From the NCBI GenBank assembly GCA_039801725.1, contig JBDRVE010000004.1:6992-70991 (forward strand): a stretch of 64,000 bases of DNA, in the 5' to 3' direction. The position numbers and the translations under genes were made by a program. This document shows, one piece after another, positions 49,179 through 58,749 of the stretch (positions within the stretch are counted from its first letter, which is position 1; every line of letters begins with the position of its first letter). The DNA comes from a candidate division WOR-3 bacterium. GTDB taxonomy: Bacteria; Hydrothermota; Tepidihabitantia; Tepidihabitantales; DTDR01. The notes below the pieces were generated by a model. That model saw only the letters and a list, made by a program, of their open reading frames with translations. It was not told the DNA's origin and searched no databases.

Positions 49179-49955
49179 ATGGAAAAGAAATTAAAAGTTG
49201 GTTTTTATGAATTTACCGGCTGTGCCGGTGATTTATTAACTATTGTTCACAATGAAGATTATCTTCTAAAAGTTTGGAATTCGGTAGAAATTGTCAGTTT
49301 TCGTTTGGCAACAAGCAAACGAAATGAAAAAACAAATTTAGACATTGCCTTCGTTGAAGGTTCGATAACCAGCGAAGAGCAAATAGAAGAACTTAAAAAA
49401 ATAAGAGAAAAAAGCAAAATTTTAGTAGCCTTAGGGACTTGTGCTTCTTTTGGTGGTTTACAATCAATGTATTCTCACCAAGAGGATTTTTTAACCCGTT
49501 TCAACTCCGTTTATCCTCATAAATTTGCTATTTTAAAACCCTTGGAATCAAAACCATTAGAAAATTATGTAAAAGTAGATTATTTTATTCCGGGTTGCCC
49601 TATTGATTTTAAACTTTTTCTTTTTAACTTTACAAGACTTTTGAGAAATCTGCCGGTAGAATTACCTTATTATCCTGTCTGTTTAGAATGCAAATGGCGA
49701 GAAAACAATTGTCTCCTTTTAAAAAGGATTCCCTGTTTAGGTCCTTTAACTCGTGCCGGCTGCTCAGCAAGATGTCCAACTAACAATCTACCTTGTGTTG
49801 GCTGTTTCGGTCCTTACGAAGATTTAAACCTTTCTTCTTGGTTAAAAATCTTTCAAGAAAATAACATTCCTTTTAAGGAATTAGAAAAAAAAGTGAGACT
49901 ATTTTGGGGAACAAAAGCAAAAGAAATTTTAAAACAACTTAAAAATAAAAGATGA
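49179..49955 (+). CDS. [NiFe] hydrogenase small (delta) subunit, group 3b type.
   Basis: GCAGD and GTCASFGG proximal-cluster motifs, plus further Cys clusters. Start set at Met 49179 because the 49134 start would overlap the upstream gene. Confidence 0.7.
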   Translation: MEKKLKVGFYEFTGCAGDLLTIVHNEDYLLKVWNSVEIVSFRLATSKRNEKTNLDIAFVEGSITSEEQIEELKKIREKSKILVALGTCASFGGLQSMYSHQEDFLTRFNSVYPHKFAILKPLESKPLENYVKVDYFIPGCPIDFKLFLFNFTRLLRNLPVELPYYPVCLECKWRENNCLLLKRIPCLGPLTRAGCSARCPTNNLPCVGCFGPYEDLNLSSWLKIFQENNIPFKELEKKVRLFWGTKAKEILKQLKNKR

Positions 49956-51241
49956 AGAAAATAAAAGTAGATTTAGTTACCCGTGTTGAGGGACACGGAA
50001 ATATTTATATTGAAATTTACAAGAATAAATTTAAAAGCATCAAATTTGAAATTCCCGAAGGTCCCAGGCTTTTTGAAACCTTGGTCCTTAACAAAACCCC
50101 AGAAGAAGTACTGAATATAGTATGTCGGATTTGCGCAATCTGTAATGTTTCCCATCGTTACTCAGCGATTCGGGCATTAGAAAAAATTGGTAATATTAAA
50201 GTTCCTAACGAAATTATCCTTTTACGAGATTTAGCTCATTATGGAGAAATGTTAGAAAGTCATGCCTTACATCTTTTCTTTCTTGCCTTGCCTGACTTCT
50301 TGGGATTTCCCGATGCTATTAGTATGGCAGAAAAATTTCCGGATCTCGTTCAAATTGGTTTGAGAATTAAGAAATTTGGAAATTCCATAATGGAAAAAAT
50401 TTTAGGTAGAATGATGCATGGTGAAAATATGATTATTGGGGGTTTTGGCAGATATTTAACCGCTGAAGAACTAATGGACATTAAAAAGGAAGCCGAGCAA
50501 TTGTTACCGGAAGCAATAAAATCTTGGGAAGTTACTCGTGACCTTCATTATACCACTTTTTGTGAAGAAAGCATGCTTTTTGTTTGTCTAAAACCGCCAA
50601 CCGATGAATATGGTTTCTGGGGTGATGAAGTATTGATCTCCAATGGAGAAGAATATCCAATTGAAAAATTTTATTCTTTAATTGAAGAAAGAATTGTTCC
50701 CCATTCCTCCGCTAAACATTCTTATTATCAAAATCGTCCTTATATGGTTGGTGCTTTGGCAAGAATGAGTTTATTAGGAGAAAGATTACACAATGCCTCG
50801 GCAGAAGCTTTTAAAAAGAGTTATAGTTTAAGTTGGATAAGAAATCCGTTATATAACAATCTTGCCCAAGCAATTGAGATTATTTTTTCGTTAGAAAAAG
50901 TAATTTCGACGGCGGAAGAACTTTTAAAGAAAACACCCTTCAAAGAAACATTAATAACTTATCAAAAATTTAATGGGAAAGCGGTCGGCAGCGTTGAAGC
51001 ACCCCGGGGAACACTTTTCCACTATTATGAATTTAAAAATAAAAAATGCGCGAAAGCAAACTTAATTATTCCAACAGCCCAAAATTATGCCTCTATTGAA
51101 CAGCATCTGAAAGTTTGTGTTTGTAATATAATTAAAAAATTTGGAGTAAAAGAAGAAGAATTAATTAGTGAATCAGAAAAAATTATTCGCGCCTATGACC
51201 CCTGTATTTCTTGTTCTTGTCATATTGTAAGAACTTCTTAA
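49952..51241 (+). CDS. [NiFe] hydrogenase large (alpha) subunit, group 3-like.
   Basis: N-terminal RVEGHG and RICAICNVSH (L1 CxxC). C-terminal DPCISCSCH (L2 DPCxxCxxH). 429 aa. Confidence 0.85.
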   Translation: MKKIKVDLVTRVEGHGNIYIEIYKNKFKSIKFEIPEGPRLFETLVLNKTPEEVLNIVCRICAICNVSHRYSAIRALEKIGNIKVPNEIILLRDLAHYGEMLESHALHLFFLALPDFLGFPDAISMAEKFPDLVQIGLRIKKFGNSIMEKILGRMMHGENMIIGGFGRYLTAEELMDIKKEAEQLLPEAIKSWEVTRDLHYTTFCEESMLFVCLKPPTDEYGFWGDEVLISNGEEYPIEKFYSLIEERIVPHSSAKHSYYQNRPYMVGALARMSLLGERLHNASAEAFKKSYSLSWIRNPLYNNLAQAIEIIFSLEKVISTAEELLKKTPFKETLITYQKFNGKAVGSVEAPRGTLFHYYEFKNKKCAKANLIIPTAQNYASIEQHLKVCVCNIIKKFGVKEEELISESEKIIRAYDPCISCSCHIVRTS

Positions 51242-51846
51242 TATCCCCAAACTTCTTCCAGATAAACTTTTCTTCGACAGGTAGGGCAAAGAATTTGTAA
51301 ATGGGAAGCCCGGTAAGGAAATTCTTTAGTTTCTATTTTTGGCTCGTAAACCAAACCTAATTCTTTATAATAAGTTAAAAATAAAGTTGGGTTAGCCGAA
51401 ATTAAAGTTCCAACTTTTTTGGCAACCCAAATTATTTGGTCTTTGGGAGCAATTATTTCGCCACAAGAAGCACAAAGGATTAATTCTTTTTCTATTTCGT
51501 TTTTATAATTATCTTTTTTTAAAGAGGCTAAATCAAATTCCGGTGTGTGTTTAATCCCTTCGCCCGTAATACAATATCTTACACATTGACCACAATAAAT
51601 ACATTTTTCTTGATAATGAATAACTTTTCTAATTTTTTTATCTTTATCGTCAATTATCTCTCTTGCCTTAGAAGGACAAACTTCCGCACAAGCACCGCAC
51701 CCAACACATTTCTCTTCATTGAAAACGATTTTTCCCCGAAAATTAGGAAAAACTTTTGCTGGCCGATAAGGAAATTTTATTGTATAAGGACCCTTAAAAA
51801 TTGCTTTGATGGCTTCTTTTAATTCTCTTAATTTAGGTTGTCTCAT
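51238..51846 (-). CDS. NuoI/HycF/MbhN-like 2x[4Fe-4S] ferredoxin subunit of the membrane-bound hydrogenase.
   Basis: CVGCGACAEVCP and CIYCGQCVRYC motifs. 202 aa. Last gene of the minus-strand hydrogenase/Mrp operon. Confidence 0.7.
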   Translation of the reverse strand: MRQPKLRELKEAIKAIFKGPYTIKFPYRPAKVFPNFRGKIVFNEEKCVGCGACAEVCPSKAREIIDDKDKKIRKVIHYQEKCIYCGQCVRYCITGEGIKHTPEFDLASLKKDNYKNEIEKELILCASCGEIIAPKDQIIWVAKKVGTLISANPTLFLTYYKELGLVYEPKIETKEFPYRASHLQILCPTCRRKVYLEEVWGY

Positions 51847-52198
51847 CTTCTTTGCTTATTTGAGAATAACCTTTTTTATCTTCACTAAATTTATCAACAA
51901 TACTTTTGTACCAAAGTTTTGTTCCAAAAAGTAGTGAACCACGGGATAAAGCATGGGCAGCAACCGGCATTGTAAAAAGAATGAATAAGGCACAAATCAA
52001 CGCTTTAATTCCCATTTGGGTAAAACCACTAATAAAAAAGATACCAAACATTATACCACAAGTACCAATAGTAACGCATTTTGTTGATGCTTGCATACGA
52101 TTATATAAATCAGGAAATTTCACTAATCCCAAAGCACCCAATAAATCAAAGATTACGCCCACAATAATAAATATCCAACCTAAATAATAAAAGAACAT
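51833..52198 (-). CDS. mrpG: Mrp antiporter subunit G-like (MnhG).
   Basis: LGALGLVKFPDLYNRMQASTKCVTIG matches the MnhG consensus. 121 aa, 3 TM helices. Confidence 0.65.
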   Translation of the reverse strand: MFFYYLGWIFIIVGVIFDLLGALGLVKFPDLYNRMQASTKCVTIGTCGIMFGIFFISGFTQMGIKALICALFILFTMPVAAHALSRGSLLFGTKLWYKSIVDKFSEDKKGYSQISKEDETT

Positions 52199-52210
52199 AA
52201 ATTCTCCTTT

Positions 52211-52465
52211 TTAATCATCTAAATTTCTTCCCTCTAAATATTTTGCTAATGCCAAAGTTCCAACAAAAGCCAATATGGCAATGGTAATTGAAAGGTCTAA
52301 TAAATAAGGTAAATTATAACGAAAAGCCATCAAAGCAGTTATTCCACAGAAAAGAATTGACATAATATCAACAGCAATTGCGCGGTCAGAGATAGACGGT
52401 CCTCTTAATGCCCGATAAAGACTAAAAAAGGCAGCCAATGATAAAATAGTAATTAATATACTCAT
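52211..52465 (-). CDS. mrpF: Mrp antiporter subunit F-like (MnhF).
   Basis: 84 aa, 3 TM helices. LYRALRGPSISDRAIAVD is a MnhF-like motif. Confidence 0.6.
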   Translation of the reverse strand: MSILITILSLAAFFSLYRALRGPSISDRAIAVDIMSILFCGITALMAFRYNLPYLLDLSITIAILAFVGTLALAKYLEGRNLDD

Positions 52466-52467
52466 AT

Positions 52468-52956
52468 TTACTCAAAAATCCTTTTTAAATATTTTTCAAA
52501 AGTTTGGGCAATTATTTTCTTTGCCTTTTCCTCATCTTCTTCTTTTATCCAAATCCAATGGATATAAAGAGTATCGCCATCTATTTCACAAGTCATTGTT
52601 CCCGGTGTCAAAGTAATAGAATTGGCTAAAAAAGTTTTAGCAATATCCGTTTTTAAAGATGTTTTTATTTTTATAATCCCTGGTTTTAAAGGCATACCAG
52701 GATGCAAAACTCTTAAAGCAACATCTAAATTCGCTTCTAAACACTTATAAGCAAAGATGGGGATGTAAACTAAAAGCCAAAACCACCGGTGGACTTGGAA
52801 AATTTTTATTGGCTTTTCAATAAAATAACCACCAAAAATAATACCGCTCAATAAAGAAACCACAACACCGACAATAATTTCATCGTAATTTAAACTAAAA
52901 GTAAGTAAAAACCATAAAATTAAAGCAACAATAAAAAAGATAACCTTTCTCATCAT
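52468..52956 (-). CDS. mrpE: Mrp antiporter subunit E-like (MnhE).
   Basis: 162 aa. Two N-terminal TM helices plus a soluble domain. Its position between mrpD and mrpF is conserved. Confidence 0.55.
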   Translation of the reverse strand: MMRKVIFFIVALILWFLLTFSLNYDEIIVGVVVSLLSGIIFGGYFIEKPIKIFQVHRWFWLLVYIPIFAYKCLEANLDVALRVLHPGMPLKPGIIKIKTSLKTDIAKTFLANSITLTPGTMTCEIDGDTLYIHWIWIKEEDEEKAKKIIAQTFEKYLKRIFE

Positions 52957-54452
52957 CTCATTAAAACTAATCTTGCGTATTCAATACCTCTAATTATTGC
53001 CTCGCTTGCCTTACTAATTAAATTTGGTTCTAGATAATTAAAATAGAAAATACCAAGAATAAGAATTAGAAAGACCAAAAATAGAAAACTTATCGCTATC
53101 AAACCCGACTCTTTCACTTCTTCGCCCTCTCTTTTTGTGAAAACTTTATTGGTAATTTTTAATAAATAAGCCAAAGTTAATAATGAAAATATTCCTAAAA
53201 CAATTGCCAGCCAAAACATTTTTTCTTTGATGGCTCCTAAAATTAAAAATAGTTTTGGGAAGAACCCTAAGAAAGGCGGAATTCCTGCCAAAGAAAGAGC
53301 ACCTAAAGTATATACTATTCCGGAAAAAGGCATTCTCTTTTTTAAAAAAGCAAGTTCATTAATATCCAAAGTACCCATTTCTCTTTCTACTGGTCCAGCA
53401 GTCAAAAATAAAAGACCCTTACCCAAAGCGTGGGCGAAAATTAAAGATAAAGCACCGGTAATTCCCCAAAAGTTGGCAATGCCCAATCCTACAAATATAT
53501 ATCCTATTTGACTTACACTAGAATAGGCTAACAATCTTTTATAATTTTCTTGTTTTAAGGCAATAAAACCAGCAATTATAATCGATAAAATCCCGAGGAT
53601 AATTAGAATATCAAAATAATGGGAAGCATTATTTCTATTTAAACCAAATACATTAAAGATTAAACGGGAAAGAGCATAAACACCCAAGGTCTTAATGAAC
53701 ACACCAGAAAGCATTGCTGAAATTGGAGCCGGTGCCTGAGAATGAGCATCTGGTAGCCAAAAATGGAAAGGAAAGAGAGCAGATTTTATTAGAAATCCAA
53801 AGGTTAGAAGGGAGATAATAAACCAGAATAAAGTTCCCTTATTTTCATTTATAAAAGTATTAGCAATATCTGCCATATTTAATGTGGAAGTCTTTGAATA
53901 AATGAGGGCAATCGCTAAAAGAATAGTTAAACCCGCAATCTCACCAATAACCTGGTATTTGAAACTGGCTTCCAAGTCTTCTTTTTCTACACCAAAAGCA
54001 ACTAACGCATAGGAAGAAATTGCTGAAATTTCAATAAAGACAAAAAGGTTAAATAAGTCACCGGTGATTGCGATACCATTTAAACCAGCAACCATTAATA
54101 AGAATAATGTCCAGAATTTCCAGCGACCAGTATAATTATCTAAATAAGTAATCGAATAAATAGCGCAAGCAAAACTCAAAAGATTGATTATCAAAACCAT
54201 TAACAATGATAAACTATCAAAAGTGAAAACAATTCCTAAGGGAATCGGTTTTATCGGCCATTTACCAATCTCATAGACATAAATATTACCGAAAATTGGC
54301 AATAGAAAAAGGGAATAAATACTTAAAATCAATAGTAATGTAGTAATAATATTTCCAATAATATCTGATAATCTTTCCCATATTTTAGAAAGTAAGGGAA
54401 TTAAAAAAGCACCTAATAAAGGTAAAGCAGTAAATAACGGTAAATAATTCAT
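52953..54452 (-). CDS. mrpD: MrpD/NuoM-like antiporter-type membrane subunit.
   Basis: 499 aa. Proton-pumping antiporter-like fold (broken-helix Lys/Glu pattern). SQIGY-type motif (YSSVSQIGYIFVGLG). Confidence 0.7.
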   Translation of the reverse strand: MNYLPLFTALPLLGAFLIPLLSKIWERLSDIIGNIITTLLLILSIYSLFLLPIFGNIYVYEIGKWPIKPIPLGIVFTFDSLSLLMVLIINLLSFACAIYSITYLDNYTGRWKFWTLFLLMVAGLNGIAITGDLFNLFVFIEISAISSYALVAFGVEKEDLEASFKYQVIGEIAGLTILLAIALIYSKTSTLNMADIANTFINENKGTLFWFIISLLTFGFLIKSALFPFHFWLPDAHSQAPAPISAMLSGVFIKTLGVYALSRLIFNVFGLNRNNASHYFDILIILGILSIIIAGFIALKQENYKRLLAYSSVSQIGYIFVGLGIANFWGITGALSLIFAHALGKGLLFLTAGPVEREMGTLDINELAFLKKRMPFSGIVYTLGALSLAGIPPFLGFFPKLFLILGAIKEKMFWLAIVLGIFSLLTLAYLLKITNKVFTKREGEEVKESGLIAISFLFLVFLILILGIFYFNYLEPNLISKASEAIIRGIEYARLVLMR

Positions 54453-54787
54453 TCTTTTAACCTTTTTATTTCTTTAATATCAAAAGTTTTATATTTTTCA
54501 TAAATTCTTATTGCTACGGATAAAAGCAAAGCAGTAGTACCCAAACCAATTACGATTGCTGTCAAAACCAAAGCCTGAGGAATTGGATCAACGAAATTCC
54601 TTGCTTGTTGAGCATTAGTATAAATTGGTGCTAAGGCATCTTTTTTATAACCAATAAACGCAAAAAATAGATTTACCGCATATTCCAATAAGCAAAAGCC
54701 AATAGCAATTTTAATCAAATTCCTTTTTGTTAATATCGCATAAATACCAATTAGAAAAAGAATTATACAACCTAAATAAGGTAACAT
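54449..54787 (-). CDS. mrpC: MrpC/NuoK-like subunit.
   Basis: 112 aa, 3 TM helices. LIGIYAILTKRNLIKIAIGFCLLEYAVNLF resembles NuoK/MnhC. Confidence 0.65.
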   Translation of the reverse strand: MLPYLGCIILFLIGIYAILTKRNLIKIAIGFCLLEYAVNLFFAFIGYKKDALAPIYTNAQQARNFVDPIPQALVLTAIVIGLGTTALLLSVAIRIYEKYKTFDIKEIKRLKE

Positions 54788-54789
54788 AA

Positions 54790-55224
54790 TTACTCCTTCA
54801 TTATAAATCTTGTTGCAGCAATTGCTAAAAAGATAGCAAAAAGTCCAGCCCCAACTTTTATGCCAATCGCTACATTACATAAAGGTATTATTCCCGAAGA
54901 AAAAAGCATAAAGACTTTTCCTTTTGGTAAAAAATTATAGAAAAATTGAGAACCTAAAATAAGACCAAATAAAGCAATAAGAACAAACAAAAGTCCACCA
55001 ATACTTTCGAAAATTGAAGAATAAATATAACTTATCCTTTCTTTTATCTCTTCACTACCGAAGGCGAGGATTAAAAGAATAAAGGAAGCAGAAATTATTA
55101 CTCCGCCAGCAAAACCACCGCCAGGAGTTAGATGACCGTGAAAAATAATATATATCCCATAAAGAAAGATTAAACCTACCAAAAGTTTCGTTATTGTTTT
55201 TACAATAATTGTCATTCCCCTCAT
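54790..55224 (-). CDS. mrpB: MrpB-like subunit (MnhB domain).
   Basis: GHLTPGGGFAGG is the hallmark MnhB motif. 144 aa. Confidence 0.7.
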   Translation of the reverse strand: MRGMTIIVKTITKLLVGLIFLYGIYIIFHGHLTPGGGFAGGVIISASFILLILAFGSEEIKERISYIYSSIFESIGGLLFVLIALFGLILGSQFFYNFLPKGKVFMLFSSGIIPLCNVAIGIKVGAGLFAIFLAIAATRFIMKE

Positions 55225-55754
55225 TTTATTTTCCCTATCTTTCTTAAAATTGTTAATACTCCAATTACCGAAGTAAAAAGAACAGTTGCTTCTCCTAAAG
55301 TATCATATCCCCGAAAATCTAAAATAACTGCTGCCACTTGATTGGCTGCCCTTATCTCTTCAAATCCTTTCGCTAAATAATGGGAAGCAATTTTCATAAT
55401 TGGCATTCCAAATTGAGGTAATTCTTTTAACGCCAAAATAGAAAGAATTAAAAAGAATATTCCAAAAAGGACAAAAACTCCTTTTGTTAAATAATCTCTT
55501 ACTTTCATTCTCTCTTCTAAGGTTGTATCAATATGGGTAGTTTTTAATATCACTCCAACAAAGATAACTACTGTTAAAACTTCAACAACTATTTGGACAA
55601 TTGCCAAATCAGGTGCCTGGGTTAAAATAAACATAATCGCTACTGAAAAACCAACAATTCCTAAAGAGATTGCTGAAGCAAGTAAATCTTTAATCTCTAC
55701 CGCAACAATTCCAGCACCAATAGCCACTATTAATAAAATATAAAGTTCAATCAT
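55221..55754 (-). CDS. MbhD-like (DUF4040) membrane subunit.
   Basis: 177 aa and polytopic. Its position between the NuoL-like and MrpB genes matches MbhD/MrpA C-terminal domain modules. Confidence 0.45.
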   Translation of the reverse strand: MIELYILLIVAIGAGIVAVEIKDLLASAISLGIVGFSVAIMFILTQAPDLAIVQIVVEVLTVVIFVGVILKTTHIDTTLEERMKVRDYLTKGVFVLFGIFFLILSILALKELPQFGMPIMKIASHYLAKGFEEIRAANQVAAVILDFRGYDTLGEATVLFTSVIGVLTILRKIGKIK

Positions 55755-57634
55755 AAAACTAAAATTAATAAAATTATAATAATTCCGATAAATATTACAA
55801 CTAAATAATCACTCAGAATTCCTGATTGAATTTTTCTTAATAAACCACCAAAAATTTCTGAAAGATAAGCAATTACCTGATAGATTAATTCTAAAATGTA
55901 ATCAATCACTTTTTTAAACAATAAAGATAAAACACCAAAAATTGCCTTAAAATAATTGTAAAAATCAAAACTACCTTCTTCGCCAAATTCATATCCTTTA
56001 CTTAATAGTGGTGCTTCTTTGATTGGTGAATAGAATTGGTCGCCAGAAAAATGTCTCTCTTCCTCTTTTAACATTTCACCACCAACAAAAATTTCCTTTC
56101 TTTCGACTTTCTTTATCGTTCTCAATAAATAAATAATAAATCCAATAATAGTTCCCAAGATAATTAAGATAAATGCCAATAATGGTTGCCAAAATCCAAA
56201 TTCTTCAATTTTAAATGGTAAAGAAGGATAAATAAGTCCCTTTAAAGGCAAAGGAATTGCTAATATACCAAATAAAACACATAAAAATGCCAATAAAGTT
56301 GAAGGAAACCATAATGAAAAATTAACCTCTTTTATCCTTTCATATTCTTTTGGTCTTTCACCAAGAAAGATAGAATGGGTTAACTTTAAAAAGGAAGCCA
56401 AAGTAAGGATACTACCAAGCATTGCTGCCAAGAGATATAAAGGAAATAGATAATTTCCTTCTTTATATAAATAAATAACTCCTTGATAAACCATCCATTT
56501 TGAGAAAAAGCCGTTTAATGGCGGAATTCCCGAAATTGCTAAAGCAGAAATCAAAAAGGAGGTAAAGGTTATTGGCATATTAGTTGCTAAACCACCTAAC
56601 TTTTCAATTTTTGTTTCTTTAGTCCAGAACTCCACTTGACCAGTAGTTAAAAAGAGAGCAGTTTTATAAATCACATTATTAAGCATATGGAAAAGACCGC
56701 CAGCAATACCAATAGGAATTCCAGTACCAATTCCTAAAACCATATAACCAACTTGGGATACAGCATGGAACGAAAGTAACCTCATCGCCTCTTTTTGGAT
56801 TAGCGCCATTAATACTGCTGCTAAAATTGTTATTGAGCCAATTATCATTAAATAATTTTTCAATATAAAATTGGTATTCAAATCAAAAAGATAATAACTT
56901 GCTCTTAAAAGAAGATAAATTCCCAAAAGTTTATCTAAGGACGCTGGAATAAATGCCATTGTTGATGCTGGCATAACTTTGCTAATATCTGGTATCCAAG
57001 AGTGGAGCGGAATAGCACCTGCCTTCGCAAAGCAACCGATTGTAATTAGAATAAAAGCAAGGATATTTATAGTATTATTTAAAGATAATCGCCAATTTAA
57101 AGAAATATTGCCGTAGGAAATGAATAATAAGGCAAGCCCAAGGATTAATAGAAAATCACTCAATCCTAAAATAAAGATACTCTTTATAAAAGCAGATTCA
57201 CCGTTATTTTTAGTAGTAAGTTGGAAAAAGCCAAAGATTAAAGAAAGCAAGATTCCCCAAAAGATTATTAGGGTTAAAATATCTCCTGCCAAAGCAATTC
57301 CGCAACCAATTGCGCCGATTAAAAGCAGATAATAAAAGTATTCTTTTTTCTTTTCATAGTATTTTAAATAACGGATAGAATAAATTAAAATCAAAAGGGT
57401 AAAAAGGGAAATAAATAAAATAATAAAACCACTTAATTTATCAATACTAAAATTTAATACATCAAAAATCTTTCTTGTTATTTCTATTTTTCTTGACATA
57501 AGGAAAATTCTTATTGCGTAATAAAAGTTTAAGAAGGCTCCTAAGAAATAAAACTCATTTCTTAAAAAATTAATTAAATAACCTAAAAATCCAAAAATTA
57601 TCGGTAAAACAATTAAAAGTTCAAAACTGCTCAT
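55751..57634 (-). CDS. mrpA: NuoL/MrpA-like antiporter-type membrane subunit.
   Basis: 627 aa. VSQVGYMVLGIGTG motif and a long C-terminal extension. Confidence 0.7.
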   Translation of the reverse strand: MSSFELLIVLPIIFGFLGYLINFLRNEFYFLGAFLNFYYAIRIFLMSRKIEITRKIFDVLNFSIDKLSGFIILFISLFTLLILIYSIRYLKYYEKKKEYFYYLLLIGAIGCGIALAGDILTLIIFWGILLSLIFGFFQLTTKNNGESAFIKSIFILGLSDFLLILGLALLFISYGNISLNWRLSLNNTINILAFILITIGCFAKAGAIPLHSWIPDISKVMPASTMAFIPASLDKLLGIYLLLRASYYLFDLNTNFILKNYLMIIGSITILAAVLMALIQKEAMRLLSFHAVSQVGYMVLGIGTGIPIGIAGGLFHMLNNVIYKTALFLTTGQVEFWTKETKIEKLGGLATNMPITFTSFLISALAISGIPPLNGFFSKWMVYQGVIYLYKEGNYLFPLYLLAAMLGSILTLASFLKLTHSIFLGERPKEYERIKEVNFSLWFPSTLLAFLCVLFGILAIPLPLKGLIYPSLPFKIEEFGFWQPLLAFILIILGTIIGFIIYLLRTIKKVERKEIFVGGEMLKEEERHFSGDQFYSPIKEAPLLSKGYEFGEEGSFDFYNYFKAIFGVLSLLFKKVIDYILELIYQVIAYLSEIFGGLLRKIQSGILSDYLVVIFIGIIIILLILVL

Positions 57635-58749
57635 AATATTTTAAAAAAGTAAACTAAAAATATAATTCCAAATATTAATAATAAAAGTCCAAAAATATAA
57701 ACAATGGAATTAGCGATAATATTTTCTCCTTTCTCTTTTTTTAATAGCGGATAAAATTTTAAGGTATAAAGTAAAGTGAAAAGGGAACTAATTATTGCTA
57801 AAATTCCTAAAAAGATATTTATTTTTAAACTACCAATAATAATCAGTAGTTTGCCAACAAAACCTAAAAGAGGTGGAATTCCCATTAAAGATAACGATAA
57901 GAGTGCTAATCCAAAATTAGTTCCGTTATCTTCTTTTGCTTCCATTTTATAAAATAATCCAGGCTTGGCTAAGGCATGGGAAAGGATTAAAATTAAACCA
58001 CCAATTATTCCGTATTCATTTTTTAAAGCGAAACCTAATAAAATAAAAGAAAGTTGGCTGATTGTGGAATATGCCAAAATCCTTTTTATCTCCTTCTCAA
58101 AATAGGCAATTCCACCAGCAATTATTGAAGTAAGAATTGCTAAAATAATAACAAAATAATAGAAACTACTTTCCACTTCCAACCAAAAAGAAGTAAATAT
58201 TTTGTAAAAGATAATTAAACCTAAATTTTCAGCAATTCCGCAAAGAAGGGCAATCACTGGTATTGGCGAAACTTCGTAAACCGGAGGTAGCCAATTATAA
58301 AAAGGAACAATCGCTGATTTCGTAAAGATACCACAGGAGAGTAAAATACCTGAAGTTAAAGAAATATTGTAAATATTTTCTAAATTAAAAGCCTCAAAGG
58401 AAATTCTCTCAATATTATTCTCTGTTAAAATCAATAAAATTCCGATTAACATCAATATCGCACCAGCAAAATTAAAGTATAAAAGGTAATTACCTGCCTT
58501 AATATTCTCTCTTCTTATTAATACCAATCGCCAAGTTGCTAACGTGGATATTTCAAAGAAGATATAGATTAATAAGAGATTGTTAGAGATAATGATAAAA
58601 TAACTGGCAATAATAAGCAGAATTAAAAAGAGATAGAATTCAAAATTCCTCACTAATTTATCTTTAAAAGAATAAATTAAGGTTGCCAAGAAGGGAAGGA
58701 GAAAGGTAAATAATAAGTATTGATTTACAAAATTTTTATCTAAAATCAT
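57631..58749 (-). CDS. Short NuoN/HycC-like antiporter-type membrane subunit.
   Basis: 372 aa. AYSTISQLSFILLGFAL motif. A truncated relative of the antiporter-like fold. Confidence 0.5.
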   Translation of the reverse strand: MILDKNFVNQYLLFTFLLPFLATLIYSFKDKLVRNFEFYLFLILLIIASYFIIISNNLLLIYIFFEISTLATWRLVLIRRENIKAGNYLLYFNFAGAILMLIGILLILTENNIERISFEAFNLENIYNISLTSGILLSCGIFTKSAIVPFYNWLPPVYEVSPIPVIALLCGIAENLGLIIFYKIFTSFWLEVESSFYYFVIILAILTSIIAGGIAYFEKEIKRILAYSTISQLSFILLGFALKNEYGIIGGLILILSHALAKPGLFYKMEAKEDNGTNFGLALLSLSLMGIPPLLGFVGKLLIIIGSLKINIFLGILAIISSLFTLLYTLKFYPLLKKEKGENIIANSIVYIFGLLLLIFGIIFLVYFFKIL

